This document shows positions 1 through 10,767 of a DNA stretch of 49,582 bases, piece by piece. The stretch spans positions 1 to 49,582 of the forward strand of contig KZ538752.1 of assembly GCA_000934665.2 (NCBI GenBank), given 5' to 3'. The translations under genes and the position numbers were made by a program. Source of the stretch: Catajapyx aquilonaris. Taxonomy: Eukaryota. Each line of letters starts with the position of its first letter. Positions within the stretch are counted from its first letter, which is position 1. The notes below the pieces were generated by a model. That model was not told the origin of the DNA. It was given only the letters and a program-made list of their open reading frames with translations, and did not search any database.

Positions 1-17
1 GGGGGGGGGGGGGGGGG

Positions 18-113
18 AATAAACTTCCGAAATGGCTATCTTATCATAGCGGCCCTCGGAAGGTTGGAAATTTTTTATCCGGCCCACCCTTGACATAAGG
101 TTGCCGACCACTG
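18..113. mobile_element. Terminal fragment of a hAT (Buster/Charlie-like) element
   Basis: Ends in AGGTTGCCGACCACTG (reverse complement CAGTGGTCGGCAACCT) with subterminal CGGCCC motifs. The following 8-mer CCTTAGCC fits the NNNTANNN target of Buster-type hATs. The other end lies outside the window. Confidence 0.6.
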
Positions 114-3081
114 CCTTAGCCGAATATGGTTTAGTTGAGTGACTCGTAACCCATTTTGTGAATGGACTGAAGTCGCTGGCTGGAAATAATACAGGCATGC
201 AATATTGAGAAAGCGACTATACCTTGGTGCGGGCGGGACGGGAATTACTTAGGCGGCAGATCTCCACTTGCATTTATCCTACCTAAATAATTCAGTCCGG
301 CCATTAAACTTGGAAGTGGTGCAGCTTGCCTTAATTGGCTGGCCTTCTACCATACCCGATCAATCCTGCCCCGCCGCGGTTCCTAAAATATCCTACTCAC
401 AAGATATATTCTTGGTGCGATCCACCTTCCATTATTTATCGTAACCGGTTTGCATTTTACTTTTATATGACGTATAGTGACGTTTAGAGCCTAGGTGTTG
501 CAAGCGGAGTGATTCCAAAGGAATTACTGTAGAGCTTCCCTGCAGATATGCCAGTTTAATTGCACTACTGCAGGGAGCTGTCATCATATTGGTCTCGAAT
601 CTGGTAGTTGGCGTTATCCGCTTTTATTGTACACTTCGATGCATGCGAATATACATATAGACTAACACAATAACACAATAGTGTTTACCTGTTGCACGGT
701 TATTGCAAGTGTCGTTTGGGCTAGAAATCGTGTGTCTTCTGCAATATTTTTCAGTGGACACTATCCAGCTGTTGTTTTATGCGAGTCATCAACATGTAGG
801 CTGAATGCGGGTGATTCTGAGATAATTGCTGCCTATTAATTCGATGGTCTCTTAATACTCTAAAACGAGTGTTGCCGTGTGTGTAAATTACCAGCGCTGC
901 GTTCAGTGTCAGAAATATCAGGCATTGCCAGAGTTGAGCTATGAAGCAAAACTGGTTTAATCGTTATGGCGACAGACAGGGCGCAAATTGGACGGGAGTA
1001 AGGTGTACCCACTGGCATATGTGATGCGACATTTGTCGTGAACCTCCATTATGCCACTTTCAATACGTTTTCAGGCTTGATCGTCTCCTTTTATCCAGCC
1101 AAAAAAGAGGCGATCGTCCGCGACATTTCCACCGGTACTGATGTATTGGTCTCGGAGTAGGTTAATATTGTGTTCCTTTTGCGGTAAAAAAAATGGACCA
1201 CGGATTTCACATGCCACATGTTATCTATTGCTTCCAGATCTAGAGAAACGTGAGTGAATAACCGTTAAAAATTGATTGGATGGTTGGCAGTCTTTTACTG
1301 TTTGAAACGACTGTGATATGAGGGCTGCTCGAATATGCCCCTTTTGCATATCGGAGTAGCAAAACACCCCCCATCACCTCCTTCTCCTTCTCCCCCAAGA
1401 AAATGATTTCCCATTTCGACCTAAGTGTGGAGCAAAAGTGGGCAGGTCGATTCTTTTCTCTTCGACACGATGGAAAAAGGAGAGCGTTTTGCTTCATCCT
1501 CTAAACGTCAATTAGATTTTCGGGGGCCGAAGGGAAAGCTTTTAGGAAAAGCCGAAGCGCGCCTTCTAAGCCGGACGATTCCTGCTATTCCGCCGTCAAA
1601 CTTGCTTTGCCTGCGCCATTGCTAATCACATTACAAACTAATGGAGGCGCCACCAGGATTACAAAAGGCGATTTTGGACCGGCAAGGATACAGGCTCTCT
1701 TTTCCCATCTTCTTTGGCACATTTTCAAACCATTTCAGAAATTTGCTCCCCGGCAAAAGTCGGCTGGTTGCGACGACGATAATGGTGCAACGTCTTTTTT
1801 TGTCACCCCAGGTCGTTAGCCATATGACACGCCCAGACAAGTGACTCCAGGTATCGCATTTTAAATACTGTCCAATCTAGAAAACGCCTTTTTTTTGAAC
1901 GATACTTGACTAGTTCAAAGTTCCATTGTGTTGGTTTCTAACGTTAGAGCTAGAGCACAATAATAGTGCGAAATTACACGCCAAGACTGCGAATTGGTAG
2001 TTCAGCAGAGACGAAAAAAGCTCCCTGCATATTTTCAAGGAGCGCAAAAATGAAGGCCATGTTGAGCAGGCGAGAATTGGTGGCCTCGGGCCAATTGGGG
2101 ACCAAGAATGGCCCGCGCCCCTCATTTCCTAATTTTTCCCTAGGCGATGAAAAACGAGGGAGGGGGAATCTCGTTATCTCTGATTATTCCCTTTTCGGTA
2201 CCCCTAGCACTTTTTTCCCTCTTCTTTTTCCCCTTCTTCCAACATCCTTACATTTCAAAATCTCGTAACGTAACGATACTCCAAATGTATACTGATTTAC
2301 CACGAAGAATCAGACAATTTCTAGTTTAAATTAGAATTCAGATGCACTAACTTGCGTTCTTCACCGTGTGGTTAGAATTTTTAAATGCGACTCGATTGTA
2401 CTCATCACTAGTTTCAGAAATGGTTTATTTTGATGTCTGATCTTTTTGGCCGACAGAAAACCGGCAACGTCACGCCACCAAACGGATCGATGCTGATGCT
2501 ACGATATTCAAGATCGCAATGGTGAAAGCAGCGAATCGGTATAGAGAGCGATAACTGCATAACGAACACTTTTTATGTGCCTGGTAATAACAAAAGGGTG
2601 CCAACCCAACTTGTGTCAAGTCCTAACCTACAGGAATTTCTGTGTACGCACTGAATAGTACAAAGTTTCGTGCACTCTCAGAAAGAGTTAGTTACAAAAC
2701 CAGACACAGTGGCGGTTAAGTGAAGGAGTCTCGGTGTAGAGACAAGTGGGCCAAGTTTTCAAGGATAATAAAATGTGGCATTCAAAAATCCAAAATGTCC
2801 CCTTTCTGCAGGAGTATACAGTATATGGTGAGAACTCCTTGTCACGGACGACGACCAAGAGTTGGCGGGACCGTCCGCGTGCGGTCAACCTGTCCACTTC
2901 TCTTATGGCAACTGCTGGGCACGAAAATGGAGGGTGGGAATAAGCAATTTCATTTCTCCGCCGAGCCCCGTTGTCCCTTTGATGTCAACTAGATTTGGGC
3001 TTTCTTAGGTGACACCCGAACCTTCAGTTATTCTTGGCGCCATACTTATTTTCAAGCAGATTTGGCGTAGGTCTACTCTTA

Positions 3082-3229
3082 GGGCCAGTTGCACCGGCCT
3101 CAGTATAACTTAGAACCTCGGGTATAACAAGAATTGCCATAGCAATCATTGTTGGTCAACAATGATTGCTATGGCAATTCTTGTTATACCCGAGGTTCTA
3201 AGTTATACTGAGGCCGGTGCAACTGGCCC
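3082..3229. mobile_element. PIF/Harbinger-like MITE, perfect foldback
   Basis: Arms 3081-3154 and 3157-3230 are exact reverse complements (74 bp) around a 2-nt spacer. Termini are GGGCCAGTTGCACC...GGTGCAACTGGCCC, with TTA on both sides (3079-3081, 3230-3232) as a 3-bp TWA TSD. Confidence 0.85.
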
Positions 3230-4527
3230 TTATTGTGTATCAATACTGGCCAAGCCCGCGTTCAACAAAATAATTCAACAATCAGTCGACAAATGCACAC
3301 ATAGTAACACTATGTATATAAAAACGCAACCAATCCACACATGACCGTTTGCATGAGATTATAATTTCCTCTTTTGATATTCAGTGCCGTACTCCACCGT
3401 ATGATTGTATTTCCCCGAGTGAAGTAATGAAGCAGGGATCAAACAAGCAGAAATGTCGTAAATCTGGAGTCAAGACGCTCTGGGATGTGAGTTGACTGAC
3501 ATCTTGTTTGTCGGCAGTGAATTAGGAGAGACACTGATCCACGGCTTTGGAGCGACGGTCTCGAGGGCCGATACTCCTCCGCCATAAAAACCTGGCCATG
3601 ATTTAATACCACTGTAGTTGTCCTCGCAGCCTTTGCCTCCAATTTTGGAGGTCTGCAAAATCCGACCAGGGATTTGGAAAAGATGAAGTTATTTCCTCTG
3701 GGGACGCCTGTATTTTAAAGGCTGATATTTGACACTGCAGTATTAAAGGTGAATACCCGTAATGCTAAATGGTACTGATTTGTCTCTCGATGCCCAAGTT
3801 GGTGATTGTGACACTGACGAGTGTTCTTTCAAGTCCACTTGACTGTATTGCTGGGTTCTTTGTGTTTGGGTCATTCTGGTTGGTATAGATCTTTACCACA
3901 ATGAAGTCTGTGCGAACCTATAGCTGAACAGTTAAAAGTGATATTGGCATGTGGACAACTTCACAAGGGAGGAACCGCGGTAATAGCACTGTGGCCATTG
4001 GCATGAATGGGTGCTGACATAAGCCAGAAGGAGTTTAATAAACAGTGGGTTGAGCTGGATCCCGGCACTCAAACCTCATGCCAACTTAACCGCCTGTATA
4101 TTTACCGCGGATGTCGGAGACAGCGTCGGAAACAGCGGGAGTCGGATTTTAAGCCAGACAAACGCTGCATTTGGTGAAACGGAAATGATGGAAGGTCGTA
4201 AGGACTGTAGGCGAGTCATGACTCATGACTTCCTCTTCCTTGACTTGCAACTGCATCAGGCTCACTTGACTACACGCAACTCATCCTGTCTACCAGCCCA
4301 GCATGCAGTCTTCTCTCATTCCGACGATTCTGCAGCCCATCTGTCAAGTCCTGTGTAACCCCCGTCGCTACTGCAACGGGATATCTGCACCTCTGCATTA
4401 TTAAGGACTACTGAAGGGGAAATGCATAAAACCCGGCTGGGGAAATGGTTCCCAAGGAAGGATTCAGATATGTGGACTTGCTGAGGGAAGATGGCTCCCA
4501 CCAACTGTCATGTCTTGCCAGGAGGAG

Positions 4528-4653
4528 AAATCACTCCGCAGAAAAGAGATGCACCAAATCACTCCACAGAAAAGAGATGCACCAAATCACTCCACAGAAA
4601 AGAGATGCACCACATCACTCCACAGAAAAGAGATGCACCAAATCACTCCACAG
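4528..4653. repeat. 28-bp minisatellite, ~4.5 copies
   Basis: Unit AATCACTCCACAGAAAAGAGATGCACCA repeated head-to-tail without spacers; two point variants. Confidence 0.95.
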
Positions 4654-7600
4654 GCACCTTCTATGTTTTTAAAACTATTTGATTACATGCACGAAGGGCA
4701 TACTAAGAAAGTGTGGGAAATAAAATGTGTCTATTCTTACTTTGGTGCAACTGTTACCGGCATTAGCTTGAAATTCGGTGCTTTGCCCAACACAAAGGGG
4801 TAGTTTGGACCGTCCTTTGCGATAGCAGTTTATGCGATAAGTGATGCCCTGACGAGCCTGTCCATTCGGGGTCCGGACAATTGCCAATCGATGGTCTGCC
4901 GCCCAGATAACTTTTCGTGTAGATAGCGTCATTTCTCGTGGGGACTACCCCCTCCTGGTGGTGGAGGCACAAAAAAATGAAATGTGGGTAAAAGCAGAGG
5001 CTGATGCGTCCGAAATGTGTCAAATGGGTCGGTTGTGCCGGCGACTGGCAAACCGGAAGAGCCCACGTGTCGTGTTAATGGGACACTTTTTTGGGGGGAG
5101 GGAAGGCAGAAAGGCGGTAATCACCATCCGTCCCACTCCACTTCGGGATCATCACGCCACAGCTCCATGCAAGCCGACAATGTCCGCCGTAATTGCACTT
5201 TTATTGTGATCGGACGAGTGCCTGGCGTGTCCTCAGCCACAGGCACCCGGACATTGTTGCGATGCGTCTACCCTTCAGGATTGGGACACTGCTGGGGACT
5301 TTAGCGACGCCTCGTGGTGCCTGACTTACACGATTTGGTGGACAAAAATTGTCCATGGAAACAGGGCCTGCGGGTCAATTAATCCCCACTGCATCGTTAA
5401 AAGTCAAGGTCAGTATTATAACTTTACAATTGAATTTAATATTCTCGGGGAATGAAATGGAATATTTCATACTGAGTACTTATTAAAATGAACGGGTAAT
5501 TTTTTGGTCCAGTAGGCACATCACATATTCAGTAACATTTGTACACAATTTCCTTCTTTGTCCTCATAATGCCAGAATGGTAGTTTTTGGGGTGTTGAAG
5601 ATTTGGCTGCATATACTATTTAAAGCTCAGTCGCGAGGAAGGCTTTTTGTGCTAGATTACACGACTCACACCAGCTTTTACGTTTGGAATATCTGGTGGG
5701 AAGAGGAGACTGTAGCATTTGTTGGTGACGTTATGTGCAGTGTGTACCGTGCACAAATTATGTTTTGTGCCCCAACCTTAAAGCGACGTGTAGGCATACA
5801 TTCATTATTGCTCTTTATTATTTCAGCGAGTTATGAATAGCTCGTTGCATTTCCAGGTTTTGACAAATACCGCATAGTAAACATGACGCGCAAACCATGG
5901 AAAGGCATTATTAAACACTATATAGAGACATATCCTAAAATAATCACGTCCTGTTAATTCATAGCGCGGGTAAACTACTTTATGATGTTGTTTTTGAATT
6001 AATGGCATCCAATAATCACATTACGCTAAAAGTCATTGATGACTGTTATTTTTTGTTACGTAATGTTTGTGAATGAGAAACGTTTTGTTTATTTCATATC
6101 ACCTCCCCACCAGTCCCTGCCTCCTGGCCAGCACCGGTGGTCAAGCCTGGACTTGACATTATCTGGACACAGTGTCACAAAAACCCCTGCGGACCATTGC
6201 TCCCGGAAATGACAGGTTGCGTTGAGTGGCAATTTGGTGTATCCTGAAGGGTAGGTTGCCCTGCATGTGGGAGTGTGGGGCGGGTAGAGGGGGGCTGGAG
6301 AAGTCTAAAAATAGGGTTTTAGGCCTATGTGGGTGCGTTTTCGTGAGGCAACTCTCGTGCTCTAATGGGAAGTTGGCATGACTAAGAAGGACAGTGGGTG
6401 TGGGGTATAGAGGGGTGGCCTGTGGCAACTATTCAGGCCCACGTGGGAAGGGGAAGGGGAGGATTAGCAACCTCCAGGTCTGGATCTGGGCCGCCATTTT
6501 AGTACTAGCAGGCTCAATTAGAGTTCTTTATGGCCCGCTTCCACGAAACACCATCCGCTTCCGATATTCGCGGCCCGCAGATCGTTTGTTTCCTTCCCTA
6601 TATTTTTTGGTGGGGATCGATCACTGTTGTTAGGGGCTGTGAAATTTGCGTTCTACCAATCAGATCAGGATCTTGCACAAGATAGGGCGGGGATAGATGA
6701 TGGTAGTGCAACTCCTGCAAAACAGGGTTCCCCGGAACTTGTCTAATGCTTGCTTGTATGGATATCGTGCATTTCTCTTGGACACATTCACCTATAGAAC
6801 TTATTATCTAAATCGCAGACGCAAATTTTTGCATTACAGTATCTGTAATTATTACGATCACGACTTATCCTACAGTTTCTAACCAACAGTAAACATTGTG
6901 TACTCTGCGATAGGAGTGCAGTATACTTTTGGGACACCAGGTACTGGAAGATTATCCATTCAAGTAAGCCGTCGTGCCGGTATTTGCACCGGTGTAGAGG
7001 GAGATGACAGCAAATGTCGATAATATCGGGGGGAATACTTTATGAATGTCATATATGGCCTATTTTGTGGAGCTGATTGTCTTGAAGCGCTGTCATATTG
7101 CGTGTTATGCTGTTATTATCGACGAAAACAACGTGCATACGTTTAAATCCGATTATGGCTCGGACTCTTCCGGGTGACAGGGTATACAGTGCATTGCTAC
7201 ATCCATGGCAAACGTAAACGTGCTGCAAGTGGCATGTCTACATGGCCCACTCAGACTTGTGTTCTTTTCCACGTGTTATTTTCGCTAGGACCAGAAGTTG
7301 CTGTAACACGAGATGGTTCAAAATAGCATGGATGACTTATTGATATATGATAAGGGGCAAGAAAATATTATGTGAAGGGGCAGTACTCTAGCTAGCAGAC
7401 ATGCGTACTTTTGTGTGCTTTACGTGTGCATGGCAAAACTGTAATATTAACTCCCATAATGAAGGGCGCATTTAAATATGTACAAGCAATTTAAAAATAA
7501 ACTGCACTCTGTTAACGATGCATTCTCTGCAGGGGCGTAACAAGATTCTTGGGGGCCCTTTGCAGTAACGCTGTGCAGTAAGGTACGCGGGGGCCCCTCC

Positions 7601-7922
7601 ACTTCATCCTTCGTCCTGTACATACCACTAGTAAGTTACACATTACATTACTTTACCTATATAGGTATCGTTATAGGCTGTGGGTTTCTTCCAATTTTTC
7701 TAAAACTCGTCGGAAAATTCTGGGAGCGAATTGTCCGGGGGCGAAACTGCGGGGACGAAAACTCCGGGAGGAGTTTAATAATGGAAACGGTTGAAACAAG
7801 TAACAAAAATATGAATATTGGTTCTTAAATTCGCGGCCGAGTCATTTTGCTGCGGTCACTTTGTGTTGTGTCCCCATTATGTTGGTATCATCTGTATATG
7901 GCTTTGGGGGTAACCGCACAAG

Positions 7923-8132
7923 TACCGTAGAATGGGGCGACTTCGGACCCTTTTTGGCAGTTTCTCAGCTGTCCCATGAAGACATATTGATGGAAAATTC
8001 TGAATAATTTAACTTAGACAGTAGGAAATGTCCTTTATTGAAGACCATACCAGTTAACATAAAAGTTTTTTAAAATGCTAAAATAAATCATCTTTGCCGT
8101 CCAGAGTGGCGGAGTCACCCCACTATGTGGGA
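7923..8132. mobile_element. Degenerate pogo/Tc1-like MITE
   Basis: TA-CCGTAGAATGGGGCGACTTCG at the left end is an imperfect inverted repeat of CGGAGTCACCCCACTATGTGG at the right end; the interior is AT-rich and non-coding. Confidence 0.5.
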
Positions 8133-8183
8133 TGTCTTCACTTTTCACTTTTCACGTTGTATAGGACGAGTCCACACATTAAT

Positions 8184-8451
8184 GGTGCAGCCTCGGATCC
8201 AGCATCTCCAGGACCTACGGGATAAGATTGCAACGGTAACGCCAGACATGCCTGAGCAGGTTAGGCACCACACCGATCACCATATTTACATTTGCCGAAC
8301 GACAAATGGAGCTCATATCGAAACAAACTATAGTCAGGCCAAAACTGTAGACATTTATTAGCATTTCATAAGTTAAATCATTTAGATATGTCTACAAGTT
8401 TTCGAGTTATAGGGTTTTAAAATTTGGACATTCTTTTTCGTCGACCCTGTA
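8184..8451 (+). mobile_element. 3' fragment of a Tc1/mariner-superfamily transposon (transposase C-terminus and right TIR)
   Basis: Translation LQDLRDKI..TVTPDM.EQV......IYICRTTNGAHIE matches the L..RI...I.PEML..V....RL..C...NG.H.E tail of arthropod DD37D/maT-like transposases. The fragment ends in ACCCTG+TA at 8444-8451. Confidence 0.7.
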
Positions 8452-8581
8452 TTTATTTTCGTATACGCTATTTACTGCCACACACACAATAATCGCACAA
8501 AGATCCTGAATCGATTTATGAAACAGTTACGGTATGTCACGACCGACGTATTCTTCAAAATTATGTGACAATTCTGCATAA

Positions 8582-8731
8582 AGCTTGGTTCACACCAGGG
8601 CCTTTGCCTTAGGCTTTGGGTCGTTGAGATGGAGATACACCAATCAGCGCCGCGCCGGCCTAGTCGTTACTGGTTTGCGCTGATTGGTGGATCCCAAATA
8701 CAAAGGTAACGGCACCCGTATGAGTCACGTT
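8582..8731. mobile_element. Degenerate Harbinger-like foldback MITE
   Basis: TAA-AGCTTGGTTCACAC left end; perfect internal inverted repeat CACCAATCAGCGC (8638-8650) / GCGCTGATTGGTG (8677-8689); decayed right end (9/14 match) followed by TTA. Confidence 0.5.
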
Positions 8732-9112
8732 TTATCTCCACGGCATTCGCTCTTAATTCGTTGTTCAAGTTGTTGAAATTTCAGTCCAGATCTCGCCAGA
8801 AGGTGACCGTGGAAGTCCTCTCCTCCTGTTGACCGGTTCATGTAAGACACTGTACTTTCTAACAGTATACTGCATATTGAAAAAAAACCGTCCTTATTGC
8901 GTGTCCCAAAAACAGACAATGAGCAAATGAGAACCCAGCTACAGCATATTCACCAACTCATTTTATTACTTCGCGTTCTTGTCAAACGGAGCTTATGAGT
9001 AAAAGGGTGCACTTGTCAACATTTAAATTAATTTAAGGAAAAGGCTCTCGTAACTGTCTTCCCATTTTTCTATTTAATCAAGAGCATGCTGCCAGATACC
9101 CATAAACTTCCC

Positions 9113-9115
<3 letters not shown>

Positions 9116-9162
<47 letters not shown>
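9116..9162. repeat. (CT)n microsatellite
   Basis: About 23 perfect dinucleotide units. Confidence 0.98.
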
Positions 9163-9168
<6 letters not shown>

Positions 9169-9195
9169 AGTGTGTTAGGTGAGCGCACCTGTATC

Positions 9196-10060
9196 TAGTG
9201 TTGTCCGATAATTATTGGCAACACTGTTACCACTCGGCACCCCCAGGCTGCCAAGACCGAATGTGGATAGGTACTTTTAGAGTCAGCCCTGGGGAACCCT
9301 ACCCTACGGTACAATTTGCGAAGCAGTCGCAGCAGTATGTGCGGAGCAGTGCCTGTTCCAATGTACCCATTTTACGTGGGCGCCCTAAGACAGCCCTGCT
9401 TCATCAAGATCCCTGTTTCACGTGGAAAATCTGCCAGACAGCAGCATCAAGGTCTTGTGCAGACGTGTGGTGACTATTAAGGCCTTCTCCCGTACTGCAT
9501 CGGACCCGCCCGATGTTGAAGCTGTGACAACTCTGTTGGATATGGATCTGTGATGGACTTGCATGGAATTATTGGCAAGTGAAATTGTAAAGCAGCATAA
9601 ATATCATAATTGCAACATCATCTCCGCCCATAAATTCGCCCTTAGAGGAAGGATTTGTTAAGGGGAGACCCATTGTCTTCCACGACAATGCTGGCTGTCA
9701 TATGGCCATTGCTTTTCGGAAACTTCTTCAGAAATGGGAATGGGAGCTGTTGAAATATCTTCCCTATTCAACTGACATGAGTACAGTCATGTGACTATAA
9801 TCAGCTCTAAAAATGAAGGAACCCCTACGTGGCTTTCGTTTCTGTACCAGGAAAGCATGTCTTTGGGCGATATCTGCGTGGCATCTCCACAAAAGACGTT
9901 GCTGACGGCGCTGCGCGGCGTTCGAAGCCTTTCAGAGATATGGAAAATGTGATACAAATGGCTGGGGACTACACCTAGGTAATGTGAAATGTTCAAGTGT
10001 GTATCCATACTGATACGAAAATTACAGCAGTGTTGCCAATAATTATCGGACAACCCACTA
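9196..10060 (+). mobile_element. Internally deleted mariner (DD34D-type) element with disrupted transposase
   Basis: Perfect 27-bp TIR core GTTGTCCGATAATTATTGGCAACACTG (9200-9226 / 10028-10054) bounded by TA. The interior reads PIVFHDNAGCH...LLQKWEWELLKYLPYSTDMS..CDY...KMKEPLRGFRF and later GDY (mariner HDNA and YSPD(L/M).P.D motifs) plus N-terminal RGRP, with many frameshifts and stops. Length is ~865 bp versus ~1.3 kb for a full element. Confidence 0.92.
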
Positions 10061-10463
10061 TGTATACAGTGCTACGGCGAGCTAGAGAGCAGCTATCAAG
10101 AGCAGAAACCTTCACATTTTGATTATGCGCAAGTTTAGGGAAATGTATGAGAGACATATTCAGGAACAAACGAAGAATTTTGACTAGATCTATTGTTGCT
10201 GCTATATTACTGTGATTTCAGACAAGTGATGGGCGGATCAGTATAGGCTACACTGTATGGCAGCTATCCGATTGCACTTGAATCTTGTTTCTGTATTCAT
10301 TTGCAATCAGCTTAGTGTAAGGTTGATTTGCTCATTTTGGGGTGAATCATCTCGCATGTTATTATGAGAAAATTTATGCAGCTTATTATATCGGTGCAAA
10401 ACACTAGTATAAATCCTAGTATTCTAGTTTTAATACTGTACATTACCTGTATTTTCGTTATTA

Positions 10464-10767
10464 ATAATAATAATAATTTGATACCCCATTATCAGCCTAC
10501 CGGGCTTTCCTAGGGGGGGATTTCTCCCAATTTTTTGTCTGGAACTCTTCCATTTTTACTATTTTTCTCATCACCGGAATGAAGCAGGGAAAGGGAAGGA
10601 AGGAGGTGGCTGTGGCCTATATTACGGTAACGACCCCGGAATTATCCTGCAAGGACCATGGGAAACCACAGAAAACCATGGTCAGGGTCGCCGGCCTCCG
10701 GGATTCGAACCCAGGACCTCCCGATTAGCAGTCGGACACCCTACCACTACACCACTACTGCTTCGGT
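10464..10767 (-). mobile_element. tRNA-derived SINE (family A), full length
   Basis: Minus-strand A box TGGTGTAGTGG (10754-10744), B box GGTTCGAATCC (10711-10701) and anticodon-like arm CCGA-CTGCTAA-TCGG. The body has GGTTTTCTGTGGTTTCCC...AGGCCACAGCC, typical of insect SINEs, followed by an (ATT)n tail. Perfect 14-bp TSD TATTTTCGTTATTA at 10450-10463 and 10768-10781. Confidence 0.93.

Noticed and set aside
4445..4803. Repetitive peptides and possible CRISPR-like array
   Set aside because: Pure tandem 28-mer with no unique spacers, no cas genes, and a eukaryotic context.
10690..10767. Possible tRNA-Ser(GCT) gene
   Set aside because: No paired acceptor stem or long variable arm; it continues into a SINE body with tail and TSD.
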